Origin: Lingula anatina
Taxonomy: Eukaryota > Animalia > Brachiopoda
NCBI GenBank assembly: GCA_051362555.1
Contig: CM120641.1
Span: 9,114,001-9,178,000 of the forward strand
DNA length: 64,000 bases
Reading direction: 5' to 3'
Part shown: piece after piece, positions 1 to 13,080 of the stretch
Layout: every line of letters starts with the position of its first letter
How positions within the stretch are numbered: position 1 is the stretch's first letter
The notes under the pieces: generated by a model
The model's database searches: none
What the model was told of the DNA's origin: nothing
Seen by the model: the letters and a program-made list of their open reading frames with translations, nothing else
Position numbers and translations under genes: made by a program

Positions 1-443
1 CTTCCTACAGATGTGATGATAGAAGCAACAGATGAAGCACAGGTTGCCATTAAAAAACTTTTGGACATCATGGCTGAGACCCTCCCAACATACAGATCAC
101 AGAAGAAGGAAAATGCTCCTGTTACTGGTCAGCTTAGTTCTTGTGTTTGAATTTTATTTGGCATTTTGGGGATATTTTTTAAAATTCAGTTTATTTTACT
201 ATTGTATTTTTTGATTAAATGCATACATTTTTTGGCAGTTCATGTAATTCTGAAGACTCCATCCAGTATCTGTTATTTTACCCTTGCCTTTTTTTTCAGA
301 AAAATTGGAGTTACCCTTGTCCAAAAGAGCAAAATTTGTAGGTCCTGGGGGATACAATATTAAAAAATTAAGGTCTGAAACAGGTGAGCATTTTTTGAAA
401 GAAGATTATATGCAGACACTGTAAATGTCTTTTTGTTCTGCTC

Positions 444-478
<35 letters not shown>

Positions 479-3400
479 TATATTTACAACCAAAATATGG
501 ATGATGCATTTATAACACTACAAGTGGTAATTCTAAGAAAGACATATTGGACATTATTACATATATTAAAACAAGACATATTTAAACTTTTTCTGAAACA
601 TTTTCAAGTAATGCATTGGTATTGAAATTTTTGGATTCATTTGGTAAAATCACAAAATTACTTAAAAGTTGACAAGACTTGGGGGGAATAATAGTACCTG
701 AGGCTCTTGCTGTTCTCAGTTTTAGCACTCTAAATATTTGGGCACTTCATAGCTTATAAAAGTGTCCACTCCATAATGGTAAAATGTGGACTTGGTGGTC
801 ACTTGTGTACATTTTTTGGTATCACATTGTTGTGATACAGTTGTGTCATCCATATTTAAGTTGTGTGAAGGTCATTTATTTTTTTCACAACAGAATAAGT
901 CTGAATTTTATTCCTTTGATACACTTGTTTAGATAATATGCAAATCGGAAGTTGAATTTTCAATTTTCACACTTAGTGCCATATTTTTGTGTAACCTATG
1001 TGGCTTTTTTTGCAATGTAAATATTGCATACTAAATATTTCAAAGTTGGATAATGTTTTTGTTAGTTCACTGGAATTTGTCTGTTCATATGACAGTGGAG
1101 TAATGGGAATGACTTTTCTTTGAAGTGTCTGTTTGTTTGCCACCCTGAGGTTCAGAGATAACTTGAAATAAACCTCTACTGTATAGCATACCCTTGCTGT
1201 TTCAAGTTACCTCTGACCAGATTCCTTAGGCCTGGTTGCCCACCACTCAAGTTTAAAGGCTGCCCCAAATGACCCATTGAAGGATCTAGCCAATAAACAA
1301 AAATGAGTCAAAGCATGGTTCGTTCAAATTCAGAAAAGGTAACAAAGATATATTTTGCTGCGCCAGAAAACAAACACATGCGTTGCCCTTGTCTCATTGG
1401 ATATATTTCTAGACTTCTATCCAATCAGTGTTTTCACCAAACTTTGGAGAAAGATCTTGAAAACATGAAATTGATTGATTTAATAAACTAGGTCAAAACG
1501 AATCTGGTCAGAGGTAACTTGAAACAGCAAAGGTTGCTATAGTGTAGAAGTTTGTTTCAAGTTATCTCTGAAGCTCAGAGTATGTGTTTGCTAGCTTCAC
1601 TGTATAGTTATCAAGTTAAAACTTAATTGCTCTGAATTAAATGCAAGAAAGGATTAAGTATAATGTGCAACTTGAGTCCCTGAAATGCCCCTATTTTTCA
1701 GATAGATTATTCTAAATTGAGCAATGGAAATGTCATTGTTTTTAAGAATTATTTAACCCCATAGCGCCATAAAACCACACATATGTGGTTCATTTTTAAA
1801 AATCCCCAGTGCTGGCAACCACCAAAACGTAGTTTCTGTGTTTACATGCTCTTACTTTCCCCTGTCGTTTGTAACAATTCATGCTTCCATCACAAGAGTA
1901 ACCTGATGTTCTTTGTTTACTACCGGCTTTTGAAAGGCGTTTGACGAGTTTTAGATAACGGAAAAGCAATTTACTTCAACCCTTGTCGAGGCGCTAAGAA
2001 GTCAAAATGGTGATGAGAGGTCAACAGAAGTTATGGGATGAGAAAATAGCTCTAGAATTGTTAGAAAATTCAGACTTCGGGGAAGAATCCGTGATAGATT
2101 ATGATACTCTGACAATGGCAAAGGTGGCTGACATACTTGGCTTTCTTAAAATGTACAGTTCTTAGGTGTTTTCCAGACAAATGAATATATTCTCATTGAT
2201 TAAACCATGGGCACTTTGTAGGTCAGATGCTGTCAGGCTCTATGGGGTTATTGCATAATTTCTTTTTTACTGATTCTCATGATAGTTTGATTTGAAATTG
2301 AAACATTTTACTTATATGCTGACCTCAGTACAAGCAGTGTTTTTGGTAGTGTAGGTATACATATTTTTTCCAGGTATAACAGTTTCAAGTGTTGATGAGA
2401 CAACTTTTCAATTATTTGCCCCTAATAAAGATGCCATGGAAGAGGCCAAAGAAATGATAGACAAACAGCTGAAAAGTTCTGTAAGTTTTGCTGTGATAGT
2501 CATGATAAATGAAAATCTATAATCTCACTTTCATTCTGTAGAGCCTTTTGCAAGGGTTAAAAAGTGATTTTAAAATGCAGAAAAAAGGTAGGAAAGGGAA
2601 AGATTGGTTTTCTTTGAGTGAAAATACTGTACTACAATATTAGTAACTGTGCTTATTTTAAATTAATTAAGTTGAGATCTAAATCGTTGACTTGTGATTT
2701 GAAAGCAAATGCCCTGCAATTAACTGAAATGAAAAGCACAGAAAATAAAGCAAATGATATGTTCGGGTAGTTTTTGCTGGATAGAAAGTAATTGTTACAG
2801 TCGATACCTTTTCTGAAGGGTTTGAGGAAAGAAATACCACTGATTTAGGAAAATTTCTGAAATACTTATTTATTTTTTCTAGAAAGAACCAGATCTAGAG
2901 TTTTCTGCTGTTTATACTGCCAAAATCGTGGAAGTAAGGTAAGACTAAATAGTACTAAACACCTTGTAAAATTGCATGTTTATGAGCACTTTGAGGTCAG
3001 TCTTAAAAAAATTGGGAGCAAGTGACTTTTTTATAAGACTGGTTAATTGATTTCCCCCCCTCTCTCTTTTAAAGTTAAGCCATGGTTTTCATTACTGTTT
3101 GTGAATAGGTTTTGTCTGTTGGTACCATTCTCCTACACAAAAACCGACACTTCATATTACATTAAGAATAAAACAACACAAACAACATATAAAGTGCATA
3201 TGGATGCAGTTAGTGCACAAGTTTTCAAACATCTTCAATAATTAGATAAATAAATTATAAACACGAGGAGACCCTCTCCTCACCAAACCTCTGTATCATC
3301 TCTTCCTTTTATATATAAAAAGGAATCACTGGGATATCACATCCCAACAGCTCTTCTGAGCTCATTATTTCCCTTACCTAGGGAATCAGCGGGATATCAC

Positions 3401-6059
3401 ATCCCAACAGCTCTACTGAGCTAATCTTTCCCTTACCTTGGGAATCACCGGGATATCACATCCCAACAGCTATTCTGAGCTCATCTTTCCCTTACCTAGG
3501 GAATCACCAGGATATCACATCCCAAACAGCTCTTCAGAGCCCATCTTTCCCTTACCTAGGGAATCACCAGGATATCACATCCCAAACAGCTCTTCAGAGC
3601 CCATCTTTCCCTTACCTAGGGAATCACCAGGATATCACATCCCAAACAGCTCTTCAGAGCCCATCTTTCCCTTACCTAGGAAATCACCAGGATATCACAT
3701 CCCAAACAGCTCTTCCAAGCTCATCTTTCCCTTACCTTGGGAATCACTGGGATATCACATCCCAACAGCTCTTCCAAGCTCATCTTCTCCCTTACCTAGG
3801 GAAGTCGTCCCAAAATATCAAAACTCGGACATTTTGTCATAATATAAACCATATTGCCAGTAACAAAAGACGTAGAAATGATCTGACCTACTTAACTAGC
3901 AACATAACGCACATGAACACTGCCTTTTCTTCTAAACAAAGAATGGATATCCGTTATAGTCTGAAAAATTTTAAGAAGTCTGTAATCAGGAATAGAAGTA
4001 GTGCCTTTCTCTAAATTCAAATTATACCCTAAAATAAATTCTCAGATATGTCTCTTGATAAATAGACGGTCATTTTGGTCTGTTGACAACAGAGATATTT
4101 CCAAATTTCCAAGAAAAAAACAAGTGTGAGACTCGAAAATATCGATATGATGATATGCAGAATGTAAATCAGATTTGAAACAAAAATCTCCCTGTTTTAA
4201 ATACAACATAGCACTACGAAAATCTTCAAATGGCCTAAGGATTAGCTTCATAAAAGCGGACAGTGCCCAACCCTCCTTCACTGGAATCAGCTAGTCTAAT
4301 AAGCTTATTCCTCTTCTTTAGCTTATCAGAAATAGTAAAGGCAACTTCTTTAGCGTAATCAGGCTTGTTATTGTCTACTGCCCAAATTACCTGCGTCAAT
4401 TGCTTTTCTTGACACCACTTGGTAGAAATTTCAGTCTTAATCTTCTTAACTTTGTCAGATGAACGGTGTACTTCACTCTTTAAGTTTTCCAACTCAGAAG
4501 TTATTTGAACCTTTAAGTCTTATAGATTCTGCCTGCGACTGCACAGAATCTAGTATTTGTTTTAAGGAAACGCCCTCTGACTCCATTGAAAAAGATGCGC
4601 TCGAAAGTTTACTTGTCAACTGGTCTGCGCTAACTGGTCGAATGAACAACTATGGTAACTTACCCACAATTCTTACCAATAACACAACTAACACAATATA
4701 TACAGTGTCAAACCCTAGGAGAAAATTTTTATTTTTATTCACTTCACTCAACCAAATAGAATTATATTTATTATTACCTCCAACAAGGAGTTTATGTTTT
4801 GCAGATTCTTAATTTGTCTGTTAACAGCATTATTAAAAAAAAAACAAAGGCAGATTCTGATAAAATTTCAGAATTGGTCACAAATGGACTAAGGAAGGAA
4901 TGGTTAGATTTGGGAAGGGGGGGGGGGGGTGAAACAGCTTTCCAAGCAGTGATAATTATTTCTGTGACCTATTTCAATGGCAGTACACCTCACATACATT
5001 ATTTGCGAACTGGGATATAACCTCTTGCATTTGCACTTCTTGGACAAAGTGTAAGGCATGGATTGATGACCTTGCTTAGACAGAAAACTGATACTCTTAC
5101 ACCTGTCGGAGGTCTGCAATCTCTGAGTGCTTTTCTAGATATTATAATTATAATTATTATTATCATTTAGGAATAATGGTGTGTTGGTGCAAATACACCC
5201 AATGCTGGAACCAGCCTTACTACACAACTCTCAGCTTACAAAACGGAAGGTGAGTAAATAACCATGCACCAAAAGATAAAGTGTGTATACAGTTGGATCA
5301 CAAAATAACAGGAAAGCCATTTATTGCAAAACTTATTATAATATTTCTTAAAAGAAAAACAGTTACAAGAAAGTAATTGACATCATTTCCTTGAAGTAAA
5401 ATGCCATGTGAAGAAAATATAATAATTATACCCAAGTGGTCTTTGAAAAAAATGTGGAACTATGATTCAAAGTAAAATAAGAATGTTCACCCTTATTTCT
5501 CCATGTGGAAAGAGAGAGTTATGGCTGTAAAATTTTTCTGGCCTATTCTTGTTATCTTGTGGCAACCTTTTTTTATGTCTTATATGGTCATTATAGTTGA
5601 TAAAATTTATATTTATCTTTTGTATTGACATATGCCTAACACTCATTTTCAAGTTTTTTATCAGTAGACTATTAATCCTTTAATAGAATTTACTTGTCAC
5701 TTTTTTTTGTAAATCTTAGCTGATCTGCAACACTGAAACAATTTTTAGTAAGTTTTTACTGTTCATTTAAGTTTAAATATTGACATTTGATTCTTTTTAT
5801 GTTGCAGATACAACATCCAAGTGTCTTAGGTTTAGAAGTAGGACAAGAAATAAGTGTGAAGTACTTTGGAAGAGATCCAGTGTCAGGAAAAATGAGATTG
5901 TCAAGGAAAGTTATATACTCCACACCCAGTAGTGTGGCCAGAGACATAAGTGGAAGTTCTAAAGAACAAGCAAGTTCTGAAGAACAACCAAACTTTGCAA
6001 ATGGATTAGATACAGATAATGTTGAAGATCAAATAAGTGATGAAAAAATGGACAGCTGA
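1..6059 (+). CDS. PNPT1: Polyribonucleotide nucleotidyltransferase 1 (mitochondrial PNPase), 3' exons (end of RNase PH2, KH and S1 domains); 5' part lies outside the window
   Basis: GT-AG exons 1-127, 300-383, 2374-2480, 2883-2938, 5171-5249 and 5808-6059 splice in frame to ...[36 protein letters not shown]...[15 protein letters not shown]...[33 protein letters not shown], matching the human PNPT1 C-terminus. AATAAA signals at about 6508-6540. Confidence 0.96.
443..474. repeat. (AAT)n microsatellite
   Basis: About 10 AAT units seen directly. Confidence 0.95.
1142..1582. mobile_element. MITE-like element with ~80 bp terminal inverted repeats in a PNPT1 intron
   Basis: 1145-1224 (ctgaggttcagagataacttgaaa...gttacctctgaccagattc) is the reverse complement of 1500-1579 with a few mismatches. 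Confidence 0.85.
1757..2247 (+). mobile_element. Non-autonomous piggyBac-like element
   Basis: TTAA|CCCCATAGCGCC ... GGCTCTATGGGG|TTAT: CCC-starting TIRs and a TTAA-type target site. Contains a short acidic N-terminal transposase-like remnant near 2007-2160. Confidence 0.7.
3321..3802. repeat. Minisatellite, about 8 copies of a 59-61 bp unit
   Basis: Unit gggaatcaccaggatatcacatcccaaacagctcttcagagcccatctttcccttaccta; the central copies are identical. Confidence 0.97.
3803..4700 (-). mobile_element. Degenerate DIRS/Ngaro-type (tyrosine-recombinase) retrotransposon fragment, gag-like plus RT
   Basis: [24 protein letters not shown] (gag-like), [18 protein letters not shown] (RT) and VLIFWDD (YLDD equivalent); frameshifted and internally deleted. 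Confidence 0.75.
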
Positions 6060-6639
6060 TAAGATGTCCATCTCATGCATATTTAGGAGTGATTCCCCCA
6101 TGCTCAAAAAAGAAAAGATACAGTGTATGTGCTTGTAAATAACGAAGAGAGTATAAGTACTTGTGGGTGTTTTTGATCACCATATTTGAAACTGATTGCA
6201 TGTTTTAGAACTAACGTGTGCATACCTTTGACCCCTTTGTTCTGTGCACTGTCTGTGACCACTTCTAAAAATTGCACTGATGTAGTTTAATTGCTTCCAG
6301 CCTAAAGATTTCTATTTCTATCTGCAAATGGCTCCATAAAGACGACCTCCAATTTGAAATGTGCTTTCAACTATTTGATTTTAGTATAATTTGATGTTTA
6401 AGGTTAAACTATAGTGCGCATAAAGAGACTAATTGAAACAAACTTAGAAATTGAAATTTTGAAATACCACTCTTTCCTGCCCCCCCCCCCCCCACAAAAA
6501 AATCAATCAATAAATAAATATATAAATAGACAAAAATAAAAAATACAAAGAAATATAAATAGTAAATGGACACACCACAGCTCTTTAGAGACAGAGGGAC
6601 TTTTCAGAATGAGTTACGTTGACCTAGGTAATCCATGGG

Positions 6640-7550
6640 GACTTTTGCTGAATGCAATCAGATTATTAGTCTAGCATGTCTCCTTGAGCAGCAAGGGGGT
6701 AACTGAATTTTGTGCGCGCTCAGCTTCTGGAAGCTACCTGGACACACTGCAGTGTTTTTTTCATTATTGCTTCCAATGTATGGCTTATGGTCACTATTCA
6801 CCATGGTACGCCGTCCACAAGTGTACTGGTGAAATTTCCCAAGAGAATAAACTATGGCAAGCATCTCTTTCTCGATTTGAGCGTAATGAGTATCTGTGTC
6901 AGTCAGTGCACGACTGGCGTTTGTGATTGGGCATCCGTTCTGGAGTAACACTGCTCCTAAGCCTTTCTCACTTGCATCGCACTGAATGATAAGCTCATCT
7001 TTAGGATTGTAGTATGCTGACTAAGGCGCTTCTGTGACAAGTCTCTTTACTTCTGTAAATGCTTTATCATGTATTGGTGACCATGCCCACTCGGCGTCTT
7101 GTTTTGTTAGTTCCTGTAGAGACATAGTTGATCTAGCCACAGAATCTTTGCACTTCAATATGGCTTCTACCTTTTCTGGGTCTACCTTTAGTCCATTGTT
7201 TGTGACCTTGTGGCCCAGAAAGGAGATCTCTTTTGCTCTTATCTCAGATTTTTCTGCATTTAACTGGATCCCAATCTCCAGGCATCTTGCTAACAGGGCT
7301 CTAAGTTTTTTTATCGTGATCTTTCAAGGCCTTGTCCTCGGTGTCACATACACCATAAATGATAATACACACACTATACACACACCACCTTCGAGTCTGT
7401 CTAGAGCATTGTTGAGTTTTTTCTGAAATATCTCTGAGCTTACATTTAGACCAAAGGGTCTGCGCCACCTATATCTGCCAAATGGTGTTTGGAATGTGGT
7501 TAATTTGCTTGACTCTTCATCCAAAGATACCTGCCAATAACCTTGGGACA
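6640..7550 (-). mobile_element. Ty3/Gypsy RT-RNase H fragment, decayed
   Basis: DLSQGYWQVSLDEESSKLTTFQTPFGRYRW..PFGL and ASRALTDTDTHYAQIEKEMLAIV..SDHKP, with stops and frameshifts. Confidence 0.9.
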
Positions 7551-7735
7551 GGTCAGTCTTGTGAATATTTTGGCATTCGCCAAGTCTGGCAGGATCTCCT
7601 CTATTACCAGTAATTGGTATCTTTCCCTTTTTAACACCTTGTTTAAAGGTCTTGGTTCTAGACACGTTTGTGAGGGCAATCTCTTGCGAAGTGTCCAACA
7701 TTATGACACTCGTAGCACTCCACACCCGGCTTTAT
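7551..7735 (-). mobile_element. Gag CCHC zinc-knuckle fragment
   Basis: The minus strand reads GVECYECHNVGHFARDCPHK. Confidence 0.7.
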
Positions 7736-7759
7736 ATTTCAAAAATTAAACAAAACTTA

Positions 7760-8410
7760 CCTGTAAGTTGAAGTTTGATGAGAATTCTACTTATCAGCTG
7801 ACGAAATGGAGATTACATGAGATGCGCACGCATATCTACCCAGAATGCAAAATTTAAAGCTTGTTTATTGGTACAAGGGAAAAAGAAATGGAGAGATTTG
7901 GGAGGGCTAGAGGTGGGCATGTCTCTGAAAGTTCTGCTGTGCATGGCATCTGCCAGAAAAAAAAGTGCTGCTGCAAGCCTGATCTTGGGAAGATGATCTT
8001 GGGCATTCAAGAGAGGGTGATGGATGACCGATACTGACCTGTCCCTGTGAAAGAGAGAAACAGGAAAATCAATAAGCATTGAACCCAGCAAGGAATACTA
8101 GTGCTGAGTAGGCCATAAGGGAAAAATTATGATACCTGTCACACCTTCCACTTTCATTTTTTGTAAAACTTTGCCCATCATGCAAAAAGGTGGGAAGGCA
8201 TAGACAAATTTATGGGCCCAAGAAACTGTTAATGCATCCACCTCCATACAATCTGGATCTGGTTTCCATGAGTAGTAGAGACTCACTTTATTGTTTATTC
8301 TAGATGCACACAAATCAATCTCAGGCTTGCCCCAAAGTCTGCAGATTTTTAGAAAAATATTTCTATCTAGCTCCCACTCACCATTGTCATGGTATGTTCT
8401 GCTCTCTGCA
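7760..8410 (-). mobile_element. DIRS1-type retrotransposon fragment (post-RNase H methyltransferase-like domain)
   Basis: DLCASRINNKVSLYYSWKPDPDCMEVDALTVSW..YAFPPF..PLWPTQH is a typical DIRS1 pol C-terminal motif. Confidence 0.85.
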
Positions 8411-8923
8411 AAGCTGGAACGATATTGAGTTTTCTTAGGTCCCCCAAGACCGCTCTGCGTAATAATTTACAACACTCAGGGTACCCCTGACCAACCGTGG
8501 GTCAACTCATTAATACTTAATTGCAACGCACCCACCATTTGCACCAGCATCAGATCATTCCAAGCAACCAGACCACAGAGTCACAGATAGAATGCAAGAT
8601 TATCGCCTCATCATCAATACGCTACAACATCAGATCGGCAGAAGGTAAGTTGCATGTCTATATCATAATTTTCACCTGCCTCCGCATGATGTCGAAATTC
8701 ATCAAATGGGGCATTGGAAAATTCGCTATCAATGCGACTCCTTTTAGCCATGGAGTTAAAAAAAACAGAACAGAGAGCACTTTCAGTGCTTCTCTTCATT
8801 GCAGGTGCTGTAAAACGCCTCATCATCATGCATTGCATTGGTAGCCAATGTGCGTGACGCAGAGGAACAGGACAAAGCGTCATCTGCTACTGCACTTTTC
8901 CCAGGTGATGGTAGAATCGTATT

Positions 8924-9590
8924 TCATTGCTGATTTTCTCTTCGTTTTAAATTCGCTTGCGGAGAACTCCGTTTCTCGGCTTGAATAAGAGCCTTCAACT
9001 CGGCAAACTTTACATCCATATTTTGCTTTATTTCTCTTCCATACACCGCCAACCTTTTCTCGGTGACGTACTCCAGTTGCTGCTGCACCGTGAGAACCTG
9101 TGCTTTTCTCCCCTTTTCTTCCTTGAGGCTATTAAACATCTCTAGTGCTTCTCTCGCCTCGTCTATCGATGTCGGATTCTTAATGCCTACAGCTAATGCG
9201 GCCTGTTGGTCTGTTAAACCTTTCAGGAAATACCAAAGACTGATAGAATTTTTAGTCTTCTGGTCAGCCAGGGGGTAACACTTTAACACTAAGCTCTTGA
9301 TGTCAGCGGTGTTATGTGAAACTTTTTCCTTGGGATTAAGTCATTTCAATTCTAGTTTGGTTAAGTATGAAGTCAGTGATCGTCTTTAAAATGACTAGAC
9401 AGTTCTGAAATTAACTTGTGAAAAGATCTTAAAGCACCTGGCTCTAGCTGTGTAAACGCATATTCTGCTGCCTCCCCTTGTAGACTGTTTGTTAACCTAA
9501 ACAGTTTTTTGTCATCTGCCCAACTACACGACTCTGAGAGGGCCAAGAAAGGCTTCACAAAGCTCTCCCATCACATTTCCCCATCATAGG
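8924..9590 (-). mobile_element. Ty3/Gypsy gag (capsid) fragment
   Basis: WADDKKLFRLTNSLQGEAAEYAF and FLKGLTDQQAALAVGIKNPTSIDEAREA; frameshifted. Confidence 0.75.
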
Positions 9591-9959
9591 TCATCTGACG
9601 GGGTAACGGCACACTGCTTGATTGTACACTCCGGACTGTCTACTGCTTGATTCTCTGCCCAGCAACATCAGTGCTTCCATGCCTTCCATGCCACGTGTGT
9701 TAGCTCCGCCCTGGTCTCGGCAGACCTGCCAAGGGGGTATAACAACTTTGCTGGAGATTGGTTGAAATTTTGCTTGAGATTGGACAAATTTGCTCAAATT
9801 TTGCTTGAGGTTCCTGGCGATATCTTCACTAACTATCAAACTTTAAATATCCTAAAATATAAGACTTAACTAGTCATATTACTTTAATAAAAAACATTTT
9901 ATTTCATGTAAACTATATTACATCCTCTTTATAATAAAGAATACCCATAATAATGCCAA

Positions 9960-10500
9960 TTCAATTGAGGAGGTCTTAGACCAGTCATTACAAGACGGAC
10001 TTCACTCAATTTTTATGAGCTTTATTGTTATTCCAAGTTGCTTTCTTAGCATTGTTTAGCATTGATTTGCTTGGTCGGAACTCATGGCAAGGTACTTCAA
10101 AGAACTGATTTACTTTACATGTGGTTATGGATGACAGGGTGCCTTCAAGAGCCAGATCAGCCCTACTCTTAATTTTGTTTTTCCCTATCAAACTGAAAAC
10201 CCTTTCAGCATCAGCATTGCTATGTGGGATAGTCAGAACCAGTTTAGCTACTTTTGAAAGAATAGGAAATTTCAAATTCCCAGACGCATCCTTAACCTTG
10301 GAGAGATGCTCCCAAACAATATCCATTCTTAGGTAATTCTGTCCTTTTGTTCCAGTTACTGTAGCTAACTTAACAACACTCAGGTAAGTCAGATGAGGTC
10401 TTGTAGGCTATAAGTTCATCATGTAGGTCATCCAGATTGAGATTCCTGAAGAAATTGGGATACCTGTTGATAAAAAACTCAACAGAGGATATATCTACAC
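9960..10500 (-). mobile_element. hAT transposase C-terminal (dimerization domain) remnant
   Basis: W..KFPILSKVAKLVLTIPHSNADAERVFS, a hATC motif; ORF 10006-10326. Confidence 0.9.
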
Positions 10501-13080
10501 TGTGTTCGTCGTTGCTTCTTTAGCTCGACTATCCAAAGACACACATGAATCCAGAAAACGCATGTTTCATGTTCAACCCTTTATTCAATCTCCTTCTACT
10601 AGAGAATACACATATAACTCTAATCAAGACAATCAACTGCACAACATCTCCTTTCCTTTAAAAAATTAAATCTGCTTTCATCTCCTTTCCTTTAAAATTT
10701 CTTTCTTTTTTCTTTCTTTCTTTCTTTCTTTTTGAAACATACTATATCTATCTATATCTCTATATCATATATAACAATTTTAACTTGAAACATACTACTT
10801 TAAACAGTTTTTGCAACTTAAAACTTTTAGCATACCAACACAAAAATGGAAAAAGGGGTGGACTATCCCTTTTCCAGACAAAAGCGAGACATTAGGGATT
10901 ATTCTGCCCTATATCCAGCGTCTCTTTACTTGAATCCTTGTTCTGATTCTATCTTGAACTGATTCTATCAACATGCAAGTCAAATGTAAAAGAAAAAAAA
11001 ATTGAACTAGCAATTTCAGTCTATGCACTATAATTAATACTAGTCTGTCTTTTGAGAAAAAAAAATTAAGTCAAGTATCTATCTGGCCTTTTAACAATCC
11101 TGCCAGATCTTGTTTTTATTGGTGAATCAACTGAATTACTTTTCTCATTGGCACTTTGTTTCTTTGTAACAGTCTCCGACTGAATTTCAGTCACAGTCTC
11201 TGGTTTAAGATCAGAATTCAATTCTTCTGGCTTCGAAGGTATACATTGAGCATCAGTGTTCTTAGTTTCTTTTGTTTTCCTTATGTGTTTCCGATTTCTC
11301 CTGTATTTTCCTTCCTAAGTTTCTATCAAATATGATCTTGGTCCTACTTTACTAAGACATTCACCTTTTTTCCAGGCTTGTTTTTCTTTGGTTCCTAGTG
11401 GCTGCAATCGAACAGCTTCTCCAATTTCCAATTCAGGTAGTTTCCTTGCATTTTTGTCATAACTTTGTTTGGCTCTTTTACGTTTGATTGTGAGGTTATC
11501 ATATACTCCATCAATCAATCTTGGTTTTAACAATTCTTCGCTTGTTGGCATCTTTGTTCTTGTTCTCCTTGACATTAGTTTTTGCACTGGGCTGCTTCCA
11601 AACTTATCTGGTGTATTCCTCCATTCTAAAATAGCTATGTGCAAGTCTTGTTTGCATTTTTTCCTTAGTCTTTTTGCAATCTTGACTGCCGATTCAGCTT
11701 TACCATTCGCTTGGCTATGATATGGAGAGCTTGTTTTGTGTTCAAAACTCCATTCCTTTGAAAATTCTTCATACTCTTGACTGATAAACTGTGGTCCATT
11801 ATCCGTTATGACTTCTTCCGGAATACCATGTCTTGCAAAATGAGCTTTAGTAGCTTCAATAACCGTGCTACTAGTAGTGTCCTCCAGCTTATCTAATTCA
11901 AAAAAGTCACTAAAATAGTCAACAGTTACTAAATAATTCTCTCCATGCAAAGTAAACAAATCTTGGCCTACTTTGCTCCAGGGCAAAGTTGGTAACTCGT
12001 GTGTCATCATTGGTTCTTTCTGCTGCTTGGCCTGATATTCATTACACACAGTGCATGTGTTTACTTTCTCAGCCATGTCCTTTGCCATGCCAGGCCAAAA
12101 AACAGTATCTCTGGCTTTACGTACACATGAGTCAACTCCAAGGTGACTTGTATGAGAACGAGTTATGATCTGGGGTCTCATGCTCAAAGGAATAAGTACT
12201 TTCATTCCCTTAAAAATCACTCCATCTTGCACTGTCAATTCATCTCTGTAAGTCCAATATTCTCTGATACATACAGGTACGTCTGAACGTTGCTCTGGCC
12301 ATCCATTCATTACAGTTTGAGCTAACGTTTGTAGAACTGCATCTGACTGCGTACTTTGCTGTATCTGCTTATGCGTAGCATGTGACAGTGACGTGTTCCT
12401 TCTGTTTAATGTTTTCTATATCCTCACACAGCTTGTCTTCCTCTGTCATTTTGAATATGTAACATCTTGGAACTTCTTCTTTCTTCAATTTCGCGCTTGG
12501 CGGCACATATGCTCTTGACAGCATATCTGCTATGTGCATTTTGGATCCAGGTAAGTATTTCAAATTCAAATTATATTTCTGCAAACGCATCACATTCTCT
12601 GTAATCTCTTTGGTGTAGAGTGGATTGCTTTCTTGTATATGGAAATCAATGGCTTATGATCAGTCACCACATTTTTAACTTCACGACCATGCAAATATTG
12701 GTCAAATCGTTCACATGCGAGCACAATTGCTAGTAGCTCCTTTTCAATTTGTGCATATCCTTGCTCTGTTTGTGACAATGCTCTTGATGCAAATGCCACA
12801 GGCCTTTCTTCCTGAAATAGCGCCATCCCTACTCCTTTTTCTGATGCATCGCACTGCACTGTTACTGGTTTCTGAATATCATAATGCTGAAGCACAGGTG
12901 CTTGTGTCATGGCCTCTACTATGGATTTGTATGCCTTTTCTTGATCCTTTTCCCAAACAAACATCACATTTTTCTGGGTCAATCTACGGAGTGGCTCTCT
13001 CATCTCCGACAGAGAAGGTAGAAATCTTGACAAATAGTTGACACATCCGAGGAATCTCTGAACTGCCTTTACATTTTCCA
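10501..13080 (-). mobile_element. 5'-truncated Ty3/Gypsy element: RNase H, integrase, PPT and short 3' LTR
   Basis: RNase H (CDAS..YAQIEKELLA..TDHKPL, 12590-13080); integrase 11315-12310 (H..H..C..C, D-D-E). Polypurine tract at 10647-10660 next to a TG...CA-bounded 146 bp LTR (10501-10646) that contains AATAAA. Confidence 0.9.

Noticed and set aside
3438-3842. 134 aa repetitive ORF
   Set aside because: Product of a 60 bp tandem repeat inside a PNPT1 intron; no splice or domain support.
8420-8900. ORFs 8521-8844 and 8614-8883
   Set aside because: No motif recognised; probably unidentified TE debris.
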